From: Mobula hypostoma
Lineage: Eukaryota
Direction: 5' to 3'
NCBI RefSeq assembly: GCF_963921235.1
Contig: NC_086107.1
Coordinates: 34,038,001-34,102,000, forward strand
Length of the DNA: 64,000 bases
Shown: piece after piece, positions 1-12,319 of the stretch
How the letters are laid out: each line of letters begins with the position of its first letter
How positions within the stretch are numbered: the first letter of the stretch is position 1
Notes under the pieces: generated by a model
What the model saw: the letters and a program-made list of their open reading frames with translations, nothing else
What the model was told of the DNA's origin: nothing
The model's database searches: none
Translations under genes and position numbers: made by a program

Positions 1-1335
1 GACACAAAACATACCTTCATTGGAATGAAAAGCCATATTCCATGGCCCTGGACTGAGCAATGGAGCCCACAAAGGTAGGTACAGCCTCAAAATAAAATTC
101 AGTGACAGAATAATCCTGACCAAAATGCTTCAGGCACACAGATCTGTCAACTGTCGAGGATGCCAAGATTTTCAATGAGTTCAAATATTATTGGAATTCA
201 GAAATTATTTTAACGTTATTTTCAAAAAAAATTACTTTGTTTCTTCCTTTTATCCTTACATCTCTAAAGTCCCAATTCAAGTTAAGTAACTCACAGGTCC
301 TTACCCGAACTAGCCCAGGCATAATCTAAATGCAGGTTTCCCAATCAACAGATTCCATGTGATTCTAGTAGCAGGGTACAACCAGGAAACAGCCTGCTGA
401 GTCTGGCCAGTAGATTTGCAATTTCAAGGACTATTATAGATTGTCAGAACTGCTGACAAAATCCAGCAAATCAAAGTCAATATTTTCCCTAACACCTATA
501 ATATTTTAAAATCAATTTTACAAACGGCATGACCACTTTGTCACCTTGATAAATATCACAGTAATCCTGAATTAGATCTTCACTTACTATGCCACTCGAA
601 GCTCTAAACCTCAGAACTCTGCCTCTTTTATTAGATCCGTCTTCATCAATTTCTTCTCAGTGAATTACAATCAACAGAAACACATTCCATCCATTGGAAT
701 TTCTATCCAAAATGCTCTTTGCTCAAAACACTTTGCACTTTAACTTGCTAGAATTCAAGTTGACAACAGCATACCAGGAAACCTTAACAAAAGAGGAGAT
801 TAACTGCCTACCTCTTTAACCAGGATTTAAAAATAAACAAAGAAATATTAAAGGTCGCTAAAAGAAATACAGGTCATGTTCAACCAAGCTTATTAATAGT
901 ATGTGCATCACTACTTTTTCATCCAATTTTATTACATTGAATATAAATCGAAGTGGTCAATCTCCTTTTGTTAATTGATAATTAATTCCTTCCTCTGCTT
1001 GTTCAACTATCTCTTAAAAACTGAACCTGTTATGAACTAATACTAACAAAGAATTGCATGATTGCTATTACAAAAGGTACAAACAGCATTAAGTCAAACC
1101 AGGACGTCATCGTTGTAGCATATGGTTTCCAGCAGGGATACAATTCTAAACCTATTTATCCCTTGAACCATTTTGAGAAGCAAATATTTCTTACAATGAA
1201 CTTACCTCACATTGCAACTTACACTTGAACTGCAATCATATTACCCTTAATATACGAAAACCTCACTTGTGATAGACTAATAATATTAAATACCCAATTA
1301 TGTAATACTTTATATTTATATTATTTAATATTAGA

Positions 1336-1605
1336 GGGGCGGAATATTAGTGTAGTGACTAGCGCATCACTTTACAGTACAAGCAAAAAAGTTTCAATTC
1401 CTGCCACTTCTTGTAAGGAATTTTTACGTTCTCCCCGTGACCGTGTGGGGTTCCTCTCACAGTCCAAAGAAGTAACAGTTGATAGGTTAATTGGTCATTG
1501 CAAATTGTCCCGTGATTAGGCTTGGATTAAATCAGGACACCGCTGGCCAGCATGGCTCAAGTGGTTGAAAGTGCCTGTTCTGCGCTGTACCTCAAGAAAT
1601 AAATA
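1336..1605 (+). mobile_element. tRNA-derived SINE, V-SINE/HE1-like
   Basis: Pol III-like head, central TTCTCCCCGTGACCGTGTGGG..CACAGTCCAAAGA block and A-rich tail. A related copy lies at about 17545-17795. Confidence 0.7.
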
Positions 1606-2514
1606 ACAATTATAAGAGTATTATATAAAATCTTTGGAAATGGTTTCGCAAGTTATAAATTAAAAAGAGCATAGAGCTCTTTATTCTGTGGTTTAAACTG
1701 ATGAAACATAGGCATCTGTCAGCTCCTTTTCTTGGAAGAAGATTTTATACAGCGATAACCACAATAAAATGTAATGTTTGCTAAGTACAAAATACAGAAG
1801 GATCAGAAATAAGTCAGTGCATGCTCTTTACAGTCAATTCTATTCTTCAGTCTAATTTTTGTAAGTGATTAGTTCACCATATATTGTGTAGTACAAACCA
1901 GGAGATTTAAAGATTCTATTTCTTCATTTTTTTGTAGGTACATTTGAAATAATTCACAGAAGCAAGTTCAGTACGTTGCAATGTCAATTCGTTCACGACA
2001 GAAGAGCGTAGCTTTGAATATACTTTTTGCAGACCTGGAGTAGATTAGAAACTACTGCCTGTAAGGTCATTACACAAGCCACCAGATCAGGCATGTTCAT
2101 TTTTAAAGGAACTAGAGAAACAGCATTCTACTAAATAAATCATCATATTTTGAATACATGTAAAACATTCGAAGGAAACTACGGTAAGTAGTTTATAATA
2201 TCTCTGCTTTTTTCTTTTGTTTTAAATTGTTGAATTCTAAGTTGAAAATGTTTAGACAAATGTGTTGTGCCAGCTCACTTTCCTACTCTCTCTTTCCACA
2301 GTTCAAACTTTTCACTTGCATCAGAATGTTTGTCAGGTTTACTGTAAAGATTACAATATCCTGTGTCTCATACTTTAAAACTGCATGTTCCAGCAACCCT
2401 TTCCATGAAACAATTTCTTCCAACCTTTGTCCTCAGTTTTGAAATGATCACTCTTACTGACTTACCAGTCTGTGGAAGTACAACCCAACTTACCTTCACA
2501 AAAAAATCCAACAG

Positions 2515-2685
2515 AATGCTCAACAGTCAACATTTCAGGCCGAGACCTTTCGGCAGGACTGAAGAGTCTCGGCCCAAAACGTCGACTGTACTTTTTTTCC
2601 ATAGATGCTGCCTGGCCTGCTGAGTTCCTCCAACATATTGTGTGTGTTGCTTGGATTTCCAGCATCTGCAGATTTTCTCGTTTGT
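2515..2685 (-). repeat. Short dispersed repeat (ATGCTGGAGGAACTCAGCAGG family)
   Basis: Closely similar copies at about 18380-18510 and 47005-47150, with a degenerate copy at about 32060-32150. Confidence 0.75.
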
Positions 2686-2826
2686 AGTTTCTAACTAGCA
2701 TCAGTTCTGTGCACATGCATGTCTGTTAGACACTACATCATGCTTATAGCAAACAGTTTTAAAATAGCATCAGTTGCACATGTCAATGATTTTTGTCACT
2801 GACAGCAAGAAATAAGCAGGAAGACA

Positions 2827-5800
2827 TGAGGAAATCACCAGTAGGCTAGACAAGGGAGATGCAGTGGATGTTGTATATTTGGATTTTCAGAAGGCCTTTG
2901 ACAAGGTGCCACACATGAGGCTACTTAACAAGATAAGAGCCCATGGAATTACGGGCAAGTTACATATGTGGATAGAGCGTTGGCTGATTGGCAGGAAACA
3001 GAGAGTGGGAATAAAGGGATCCTATTCTGGTTAGCTGCCGGTTACCAGTGGTATTCCACAGGGGTCCGTGTTGGGGCCGCTTCTTTTTACATTGTACATC
3101 AATGATTTGGATTATGGAATAGATGGCTTTGTGGCTAAGTTTGCTGACGATACAAAGATAGGTGGAGGGGCCGGTAGTGCTGAGGAAACGGAGAGTCTGG
3201 CTGTCTGTATCTTGTTTTACGGCGGTTGGCATCCAACTTAATGGTGCATTACCGCCACCCTCTGCTCCAGAATGTGCACTAGACATGCATTCTAAATCCC
3301 TTCATCCAATCGCGCGTGCGCATGCACACACGCACACACACACACACACACACAGACCTACACTTCACCCTCCCATCTTTGACCATCCTAGTATCCTATT
3401 CCTGTTTATTCGTCATATTCTATTAAAAACCCCTGTACCCCTTAAAAACGCTAAAAATACCCGGACTTGTGCTCTCTCACCCATGCCCAGCAACCCTTTT
3501 AATGTGAATTCCTGCATCTCCAACTCCCTTAATTTATTTCTCATCATCTCTCTGTATCCCATACTTCCTGCAACACAAAACTACATGTTCTACTGACTCC
3601 TCTTCCTGACATTCCTCACACAATCCTGTCTGGTGTTTCCCTATCATTTTCAATGTTTTGTTTAATGCACAATGCCCCAGCCTTAACCTAGTCCACACAA
3701 TTTCCTCTCTTCTGTTTCCATTACCTACCCTAGTAACTGCAACACTCTTTTGTATTTGATATAAATGCCTCCCTTTCCCCTCCCTGTCCCATCTTTCTTG
3801 CCACATTCGGTTGACTTTTTCCCAGATTACACACTTAACCTCTGCTTTACTGATACTAATGTGCATTTCCACATTTTCTTTCTTTAACGCCCTCTTTGCC
3901 AACTCATCCACCCTCTCATTCCCCTTCACCCCTACATGTGCTGGAACCCATAGAAATTTTACCTGACCGCCCTGATTTGCAATTCTTGTAACTAACTGAA
4001 GGACTTCATAAAGTACATCTTGCCGACTGTTTGTGTGAAAAGACCTTAAACTTGCTAGAACTGAGGATGAATCTGAACATATCAATGCTTTGGCTTGTCT
4101 GGCTTTCTGCACCCATTGCAACGCAACCAACACTGCCAGCACCTCCACTGTAAACACCCCTAACTTATTAGATGTTCTTCTGCTGATTCCAATTTCTTTT
4201 GCTGGTATTACCACCCCAAACCCTGTCACTCCTGTTTCAGGTTCCTTCGCACCATCCGTATAAATGTGAGTATAATCACTATACTTTTCCATCACATGAC
4301 AGTTAAATGCATTTACCAAATCTGTTTTATATCTTTCTTTCCTTTTTACCTCTAACAAATGCCAGTCTATGTCAGGCCATACAAGCTTCCATGGAGCTAC
4401 AACCGGATAAACTACTGAAGGACTTATCCTCAGATCAAATACTCCACATTCTTTCGCGATATCATTCCCTACCCGACTAAAGGTATCCCTCTGAAACCTC
4501 CCATTTTCCCAGCACTCCTGCAACACTCCTTTAGTAGGGTGAGAAACATTGTGCCCCTGCAAGTTAGCCCAGTAGTTTGCCATCAGTTGCATCCTTCTTA
4601 GTTCCAAAGGCATTATTCCCATTTCTACCTGTAGGGCTGACACTGGTGACATTTTAAAAGCCCCACTGCACACTCTCAAGGCCTGAGCCTGAATCAATCC
4701 AGTTTCCTTATAAGAGACCTAGCTGCTGATCCATATACTATATTCCCATAATCCAATACAGATCTTACTAAAGCCACATACATTCTCTTCAAAGCTGAGC
4801 AACTTGCTCCCCATTCCCTACCAGTCAAACATCTCATCACATTTATTACTTTTTTACATTTCTCCTCAACTTTCCTGATATGGTCTGCCCATGTTAATCG
4901 TGAATCAAATATAACTCCCAGAAATTTAAATGATGCAATCCTTTCTAATTCAACCCCATACATCCTTAACTTCTTCCCTACCTCAACCCTTTTCCTGGTA
5001 AAAAATACAGTTTGAGTTTTATCTACTGAAAATCTACATCCCCAATCATAACCCCACTCCACCACTTCATCAATTGCTTCTTGTAGTTTCCTGATTATAT
5101 GGTCCATGTTCCTGCCTCTTGTCCACAAGGCCCCATCATCCGCAAACAGTGACCTACCTATATCCACTGGTACCTTTGTGAAGACATCATTGATCATAAT
5201 CATGAAAAGTAACGGGCTAATCACACTACCTTGAGGTGTGCCATTTTCCACTATGTACTGTTTTGATAATTCTGATCCAATCCGAACTTGAATTTTTCTA
5301 CCAAACAAAAAATCTTTAATCCAATTAAAAACTCTCCCACCAACCCCCATCTTGTGCAGTTTAATTAATAATCCTTCCTTCCACATCATATCATAGGCTT
5401 TTTCAATGTCAAAGAACACTGCCACTACTGACTCTCTATTTGCCTGGGCCTTCCTTATTTCAGTCTCTAACATAATCACTGAGTCCATGGAATTCCTTCC
5501 CTTTCTAAAACCACTCTGATAACTTGCCAGCATTCCCCTTTTCTCAAGCTCATATGATAACCTTTCTGTTATCATCCTTTCCATTATCTTACATATACTT
5601 GATGTTAATGCAATTGGTCTGTAGCTAGTGGGTTTTGACAGATCCTTGCCAGGCTTCTTTATTGGAATTACTACTGCTTCTTTCCATGCACTTGGTAATC
5701 TTCCCTCCTCCCACACTCTGTTATAAAAATGCAGCAACTTCAAGAGCGCTCCTTCTCCTAGATTTTTTAGCATCACAGAGCATATCAGATCTTTCCCTGG

Positions 5801-6791
5801 GGAGGATGGTCTCGATCTCTTTATTGCTCTCACCATTTCTGCTAATGTAAATGGATCATCAATTATATCATCTGTTTCTTCCCTCCTGCTTAACACACCT
5901 GGGTGTTGGCTCATTATTCTCTGCAGAGAGACTTGGATAGATAGGAAGAATGGGCAAAGAAGTGGCAAATGAAATACAATGTTGGAAAGTGTATGGTTAT
6001 GCACTTTGGCAGAAGAAATAAACAGGCAGACTATTATTTAAATAGGGAAAGAATTCAAAGTTCTGAGATGCAAAGGGACTTGGGAGTCCTCGGACAGGAT
6101 ACCCTTAAGGTTAACCTCCAGGTTGAGTCGGTAGTGAAGAAGGCGAATGCAATGTTGGCATTCATTTCTAGAGGAATAGAGTATTGGAGCAAGGATGTGA
6201 TATTGAGGCTCTGTAAGGCACTGGTGAGACCTCACTTGGAGTACTGTGGGCAGTTTTGGTCTCCTTATTTAAGAAAAGATGCGCTGACGTTGGAGAGGGT
6301 ACAGAGAAGATTCACTAGAATGATTCCGGGAATGAGAGGGTTAACATATGGGGAATGTTTGTCTGCTCTTGGACTGTATTCCTTAGAGTTTAGAAGAGTG
6401 AGGGGAGACCTCATAGAAACATTTCGAATGTTGAAAGGCATGGACAGAGTGGATGTGGCAAAGTTGTTTCCCATGATGGGGGGGTCTAGTACGAGAGGGC
6501 ATGACTTAAGGATTGAAGGGTGCCCATTCAGAACAGAAATGCAAAGAAATTTTTTTAGTCAGAGGGTGGCGAATCTATGGAATTTGTTGCCACGGGCAGT
6601 GGTGGAGACCAAGTCATTGGGTGTATTTAAGGCAGAGATTGATAGGTATCTGAGTAGCCAGGGCATAAAAGGTTATAGTGAGAAGGCAGGGGAGTGGGAC
6701 TAAATGTGGGAATAGATCAGCTCATGATAAAATGGCAGAGCAGACTCGATGGGCCGAATGGCCGACTTCTGCTCCTTTGTCTTATGGTCTT
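2827..6791 (+). mobile_element. 5'-truncated CR1-type LINE (RT core and C-terminus), split by a younger LINE
   Basis: YLDFQKAFDKVPH and PQGSVLGPLLF..FADDTK at 2870-3160, and the RT C-terminus in ORF 5969-6703. Flanked by the 6-bp direct repeat AAGACA (2821-2826, 6792-6797). Confidence 0.9.
3200..5917 (-). mobile_element. 5'-truncated I-group (Nimb-like) LINE: RT, RNase H and C-terminal CCHC
   Basis: ORF 4694-6004 carries RT (PQGSVISP, LFADD). ORF 3534-4697 carries RNase H (YTDG, E, ICSDS, HVGVKGNERVD) and CEEC..H..C. There is one frameshift near 4695, and the 3' UTR contains (CA)n. Confidence 0.9.
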
Positions 6792-7080
6792 AAGACAATT
6801 CAGAACTGTTTTGCTCGCTGTGGTTTCAAGCCTTCAGACTTGGAGATGCTGGAAAAAGCTAGGAGTGAAAATGAAACGATTTCACTACTTCAATAAGTTA
6901 AGAACTACAGAGAATTTGAAGGTATCTGCAACCATCTTGAATGTTATAATGAAAATGAAGAGTTGGAGGATGCAATCATTGAAAGCATTCCATGAAAGCA
7001 ATCTCCTATTTGTACTAGATGTCTGCACTGATTTTGTTCATTTACAGTCGATCAAAAGAACACAGCAGCATACTCTAGAT

Positions 7081-7354
7081 CAGTGGTCCCCAACCTCCAG
7101 GCCGCGGACCGATACCAATCCGCGAAGCAGGCAGGGGTGCAGTGGTAGCTGGAGCACACCCAGCATATCTTTGAGAAAAAAGTCTAAATAAACAAGCTAA
7201 TTAATTAGACACCTCTGATCTGGGCCGACATTTACATGCCGGGCAGTACCTAATTAACTTGTTTATTTCGGTTTTTTTCTTAAAGGTGTGCTGGGTGCGC
7301 TCCGGCTACCGCTGTACTGCTGCATGCTTCGGGCCCAGAGGTTGGGGACCACTG
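7081..7354. mobile_element. hAT (Charlie-like) MITE
   Basis: 15-bp TIR CAGTGGTCCCCAACC / GGTTGGGGACCACTG, perfect 8-bp TSD CTCTAGAT (7073-7080, 7355-7362), palindromic interior. Confidence 0.92.
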
Positions 7355-7462
7355 CTCTAGATGAATTCCTCTGTCAATAACTATTAGGAACTAATAAAGT
7401 TTTACAGTCCTGTATTGGTAAGTGTTCTAATTTGTTCTGTATTTCATTTAAATACATAATTT

Positions 7463-8058
7463 CAGAATTAGGTTTATTATCACCAGCATGTGTCATGAAA
7501 TTTGTTAACTTAGCAGCAGCAGTACAATGCGACACATGATATTATAGAATGAAAAAAAAGTAAATCAATTACAGTAAGTATATACGTATATTTAATAGTT
7601 AGGTTAAAATAGTGCAAAACAGAAATAATATTCTTTAAGAACAAAGGTAGTGTTTATTGATTCAATGTCCATTTAGGAATCGGATGGCGGGGGGAAGAAG
7701 CTGCTCCTAAATCGCTGAGTGTGTGCCTTCAGGATTCTGTACTTCATTCCTGATGGTAACAATAAAAGGAGGACATGTCCTGGGTGATAGGGCTCCTTAA
7801 TAATGGGCGCTGCCTTTCTGAGGCACTGCTCCTTGTAGGTATCTTGGATAATACGAAGGCAAGGACCCAAGATGGAGCTGACTAACCTTACAACTTTCTG
7901 TAGCTTCTTTCGGTCATGTGCAGTAGCAAACCACCACACGCCCCCCCCCCCCAAATACTAGAGAGTGATGCAGCCTGTCAGAAAGCTCTCCACAGTACAT
8001 CGATAGAAGTTTTCAAGTGTTTTAATTGACAAACCAAATCTCTTCAAATTCCTCATTT
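7463..8058 (-). mobile_element. Rex1/Babar-type LINE 3' fragment
   Basis: ORF 7673-7954 (RKKLQKVV..HPGH..LLPSG..RFRSSFFP) is the typical C-terminus downstream of RT. Related pieces lie at about 9910-10368 and 53190-53370. Confidence 0.75.
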
Positions 8059-8659
8059 AAATGGTAGTTTGGCTTTTTTTTTAAAATACCTTTTTAGTAC
8101 TTCCATGACACTTCAGCTCACAGGGGCAGCTGCTTAATTAGGCCAAAATGTACTGGCCCTGATGTGTCGAATTAACCGGAATCCACTGAGTTCACCAACC
8201 TTTTCAGCACTAGTAACTTCAAGCAGAATTATGGTAACTGAGAAATTTTTTAAAACCTTTTAAAATATATCTTCTATTTGATGAGGCTGTTTTACAGAGT
8301 AGAAATTTAAGGGAGCAGAACCACTGTTGTGGGTGACATCTGAAATGGGCAAATTGATTCTTAGTCCAGAATAAATGTCATTGACATTATTCACTATTAA
8401 AATTCAACAACTGTGGTGTGCTGATTTAACTAATTCTTTGCAGTTTATACTGATGTTATGAACATAAGCACACTTAATTTAACACCCACTGTTTTAGATG
8501 CATCTTAATTCAGAATGAGATTTAATATTAAGACAGTTGCACAAAGGGAATCAGGAGGTAATAAGTGCAAATAAAGAACAAGATTAGATATTAGTTATAA
8601 AGTAATGTATACATAAACGCATTTAATATCTTGCACATTTGAAACATACCACGTCATTG

Positions 8660-8920
8660 AAGCATCTGCTGTTCACTAGCATTTGCTCTCATCAAGGAAA
8701 CGCTTGGTATCATTTGCACCAGCTGTAAATGCTCTCAGAGACACTCTACATTGACCGAATGCTACATATTTACCAGGTGTTCAGCAAATTCTAATTCTGC
8801 AAGCAATTCCAGTCTCTGCAACTATTTGCACTATACAGGTAATATTATTTTGGTATTATATTCATATTAAAGGCAGGCATACACTTTGTCACAGTAGTTG
8901 TGCTAATTAACAGCTGTCTT
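8660..8920 (+). promoter_or_regulatory. Candidate lymphoid RAG2 promoter / non-coding exon 1
   Basis: Repeat-free island with E-boxes CATCTG 8663, CAGCTG 8720, CAGGTG 8774 and CAGCTG 8911, plus donor CAG|GTAATA (exon would end at 8838). Confidence 0.35.
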
Positions 8921-10814
8921 GTATGTAAAGTAGATTTACAATACTTAATACAGAACATACGTTTTTATCTAAACTAGTTCTTCTTGAGTTATTTGTTATG
9001 CTATTTGAGGTTTGGAAAAAGTGCTAAGTGATGCCAAGTGATTTAAATAACAGCCAGTCTCTATATTTTTCTCTATTGCAGTAATTTTCTTCGTTAAAAT
9101 AAAGAAAAGAATAATTATATCTTAATTTTAAGGTTAAAAGGAAATGTTAACATCTGCAAAGCTATAAACTGAAAAGAAAAACAGACTACTCAATTATCGC
9201 GTGTTGTTGTGAGAAGTAATTTCTTTTGTAGCCAAGTACAGCTGAGCATCATATTAGCAGTATGCATTCAATATATCTACATCTATGGGCAGTGAAGGTC
9301 CATATGCTAAACTATTACATGTTAAAATACCCAATCAAATTCAAATGGATCAACAGTAGCTTTATTGAAAGAAAGTACAAAATGAGAAAAGATGCTGAAT
9401 GAAAGTCTGAAATTCCCAATTGTCATCTTATTGAGGAAAAGCTGAGTTAGCTTTAAATACATTTAGTAAAGAAGAGAGAGAGAATAAGTCAAAGAAAAGG
9501 ACAACTGCACGTAGGCAGAGACTTTCCACATTCCTTGACGAAGTCCGAAAGTTATTTACATTTAGAGTATTACTTAGGCAATTCAAGCACTGTTCATTGA
9601 AATATAGAAATTAACAAATTAGAAGTGGGCTCAATGCGTCTATGCTATTCACAAAACGTTAATTCCTCAATTCATTTACAATCCTTTGCTCAATTACCTT
9701 AAATCCATGTCCATGAGCTAAACATAACTGTGCAAAGAAAACGTTCTACTGTATGCAGTGGGTTTTCAGCAAGGAAAAACAGCAAAGACCCTGAAAGATT
9801 TTATAAAAAGTAACGAAGCTTTCTTTAAGTAGAAACCAAATTAGATATAATTTTAAGTAAAGAATATTGCAGCATCAAGGATTCCTTCAAAGGCTGAAGC
9901 TTCAAAAAGCTCACATCCATCATTAAGAATCCCCATCACCCAGGGCATGCCCTTTTTCATTGCTACCATCAGGGACGAGATACAAGAATCAGAATCAGGT
10001 TTAATATCACAGGCATATATCGTGAAATTTGTTAACTTAGCGGCACTAGTACAATGCAATGTGTTCATGGGTTCATTGTCCATTTAGAAGTCCATTTAGA
10101 ATGTCCATTTACAGAACTTCAGGAGCCTGAAGACACACACTCAAAGTTTTAGGAACAGCTTCTTCTCCACTATCAGATTTCCAAATGGACAATGAAGTAA
10201 CCTTTGAACACTACCTCACTACTTATGCTCTCTTTTTGCACTACTTATTCAAAGTCTGTATGTATATTTCTTATAGCAATCTATAGTTTGTTATCAATTG
10301 CACTGTACTGTGCCACAAAACAAATGTCATGACATATGCCAGTGACATTAAACACGATTCTGATTCCAAGCCTAAATAATGTTAATGTTAAAATGATACT
10401 AAACTTACCACATTTACCATTATATAATTATGACAAAATTGGTTTCAATATTTCTTTATCAATATAGTGCCGCTATGTTCAAAGACTGATGTTAAAAAGT
10501 AACAAATTAGTGCTGAAGGTTCGATCGAAGCCATAGGAAAAAATGCCACCAACTGACATTTAAATAAAAATAATTTCTTTTCATCACGACGACAGCAGAG
10601 GTTTCTCATTGTTGACTCTAGAGCATGTCTCATTTTGGCATAACAAGATATCAAGTGTGACTGAATAGGATTACTTTAACGGCATAGCATGTCAACTTCA
10701 CTGAACACAAGAATCATGTAAAAACACTAAGTTCTGCTTTAACTCACCAAAACATTAGCTGTGAAACTAAAATTTTAAATATGCTTGTGCCTTGTAGTGT
10801 GATTTAGCTTAAGT

Positions 10815-11050
10815 ATTCATTGTGTCCTTGAGCAAGGCACTTAATCACACATTGCTCTGCGATGACACTGGTGCCAAGCTGTATGGGTCCTAATGCCCTT
10901 CCCTTGGACAACATTGGTGTAGTGGAGAGGGGAGACTTGCAGCATGGGCAACTGCTGGTCTTCCATACAACCTTGCCCAGGCCTGTGTCCTGGAGAGTGA
11001 AGACTTTCCAGGTGCAGATCCATGGTCTCACAAGACTAACGGATGCCTTA
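10815..11050 (+). mobile_element. 5'-truncated CORE-like SINE (same family as 41893-42200)
   Basis: TGTGTCCTTGAGCAAGGCACTTAA..GACTAACGGATGCC, nearly identical to the full copy. Confidence 0.85.
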
Positions 11051-12319
11051 AAAAAATTCATATGGGGTTTAAGGTTACAACTATCTTAATACCACATAAA
11101 TCAAATGGCAATATTGAGGGGCAACATTGTATGCTTTTGTTTCCAATTCACTAAACAACTATGGGATATTACATATAAATACAAAATTAAAAACATTTAT
11201 TTTCCCCATTTTCCATCCCAACTTCAGGTTACTGAAGGATTTATATGCAGTAAGCGGTCAATAGCAGCTCTTTGTTGAACATGGAACTAATTAAGCCAGT
11301 TGGATCCTACAAATTCAGATATTATAACTGAGACAGTAGCTTTGAGGCTCCAGCTGAACTGCTGAAGTGTCAGGAGATGTATCTGAACTCACAACCTCAA
11401 GTCGAAGACCAATATCCTACACCTGACCCAGGACAGGCACTTAGTAGTAAGACATACACAGAAAACACATATTGTCAATCTCATTAAAGTCCTGCAGAAT
11501 TCTCATAATGGACTTTTGCATAAATAATATTGTCACTCAGTCAGTGGGTGCCGTCCCGAGTCCGGGGTTGGCGGCTATGCACCTCCATCATCTTCCATCT
11601 TGCGCTCTTTTTCTGGCCTCAGCAGAACTCAACCCAGTCCATTGCCTCACATTATCGTACCAAGTGGTTCACTGCCTTCCTCTTTCCCTCTTTCCTTCTA
11701 TCATTCCTTCCAATAACAATTTCTGCAGTCCACCACCTCTTAACAAGTGCCCGGCATATTCCAGCTTCCTTTTTTGCATGTGGTTAAACCTGAAGGATTG
11801 TATCCAAATGGCAGCTCAGCAATGTCTCCCCAAAAGAAAGCGTGTAGCTAATTATACCAATTCAATTAAAATCTTTTAGCATTTCAGGCTTTCCAACAAT
11901 TCTTTTTTTAATCATGTAAGTAAACAAATATTGTTTTGGGGGAATATCAATCTTTAAAAAGCTATCAACATCTTCTTATTGTACTTCTATAATATATTTT
12001 CTATTAAGGAATCCACCCTTTTTGTGCAAATCGATGAAGAGTATTCTGTAGTATTTTGGTTGTAATCACGCTTAGCCTCCTCTCTGCTGAGAGTGTGGAT
12101 CTGCCAGCACCAGATCACCAGATGACCAGATGACTGCGGGTCAGTGAGCATGGTTTACGAATGGATGAGGAGAGACAAGCTTATGGAGTGCATCAGAGGC
12201 CACAGGCACCTAAACCCTTGCAAACATAAAATAGATCAGAAGTTGTTCTGCGTTAGGGAGCTAACCAAACTAAATTGCGTTACCAGAGTAAATCAAGCGG
12301 TCATTTTACAGTGCTGATT

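Larger units (their letters stand above)
6792..8188 (+). mobile_element. Right part of an old DNA-transposon-like (Tigger/pogo-type) host element; left part at about 2686-2826
   Basis: Colinear with a less interrupted sibling at about 48095-48870, including the shared end AATTAACC(G/A)GAATCC(A/T)CTG. Confidence 0.65.

Noticed and set aside
590-700. Possible IFTAP coding exon on the minus strand (EEIDEDGSNK.. ending at a GTAAGT donor)
   Set aside because: The resemblance to DEDQLIK needs a frameshift, there is an in-frame stop just upstream, and there is no good acceptor. IFTAP exon 2 may lie left of the window.
2100-2190. Strong plus-strand donor ACG|GTAAGT at 2183 as RAG2 exon 1
   Set aside because: No supporting E-box or RUNX cluster was seen. 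It is kept only as an alternative to the 8838 candidate.
3162-3596. 144-aa plus-strand ORF with an HT repeat
   Set aside because: It is the antisense of the LINE 3' UTR, read through a (CA)n microsatellite.
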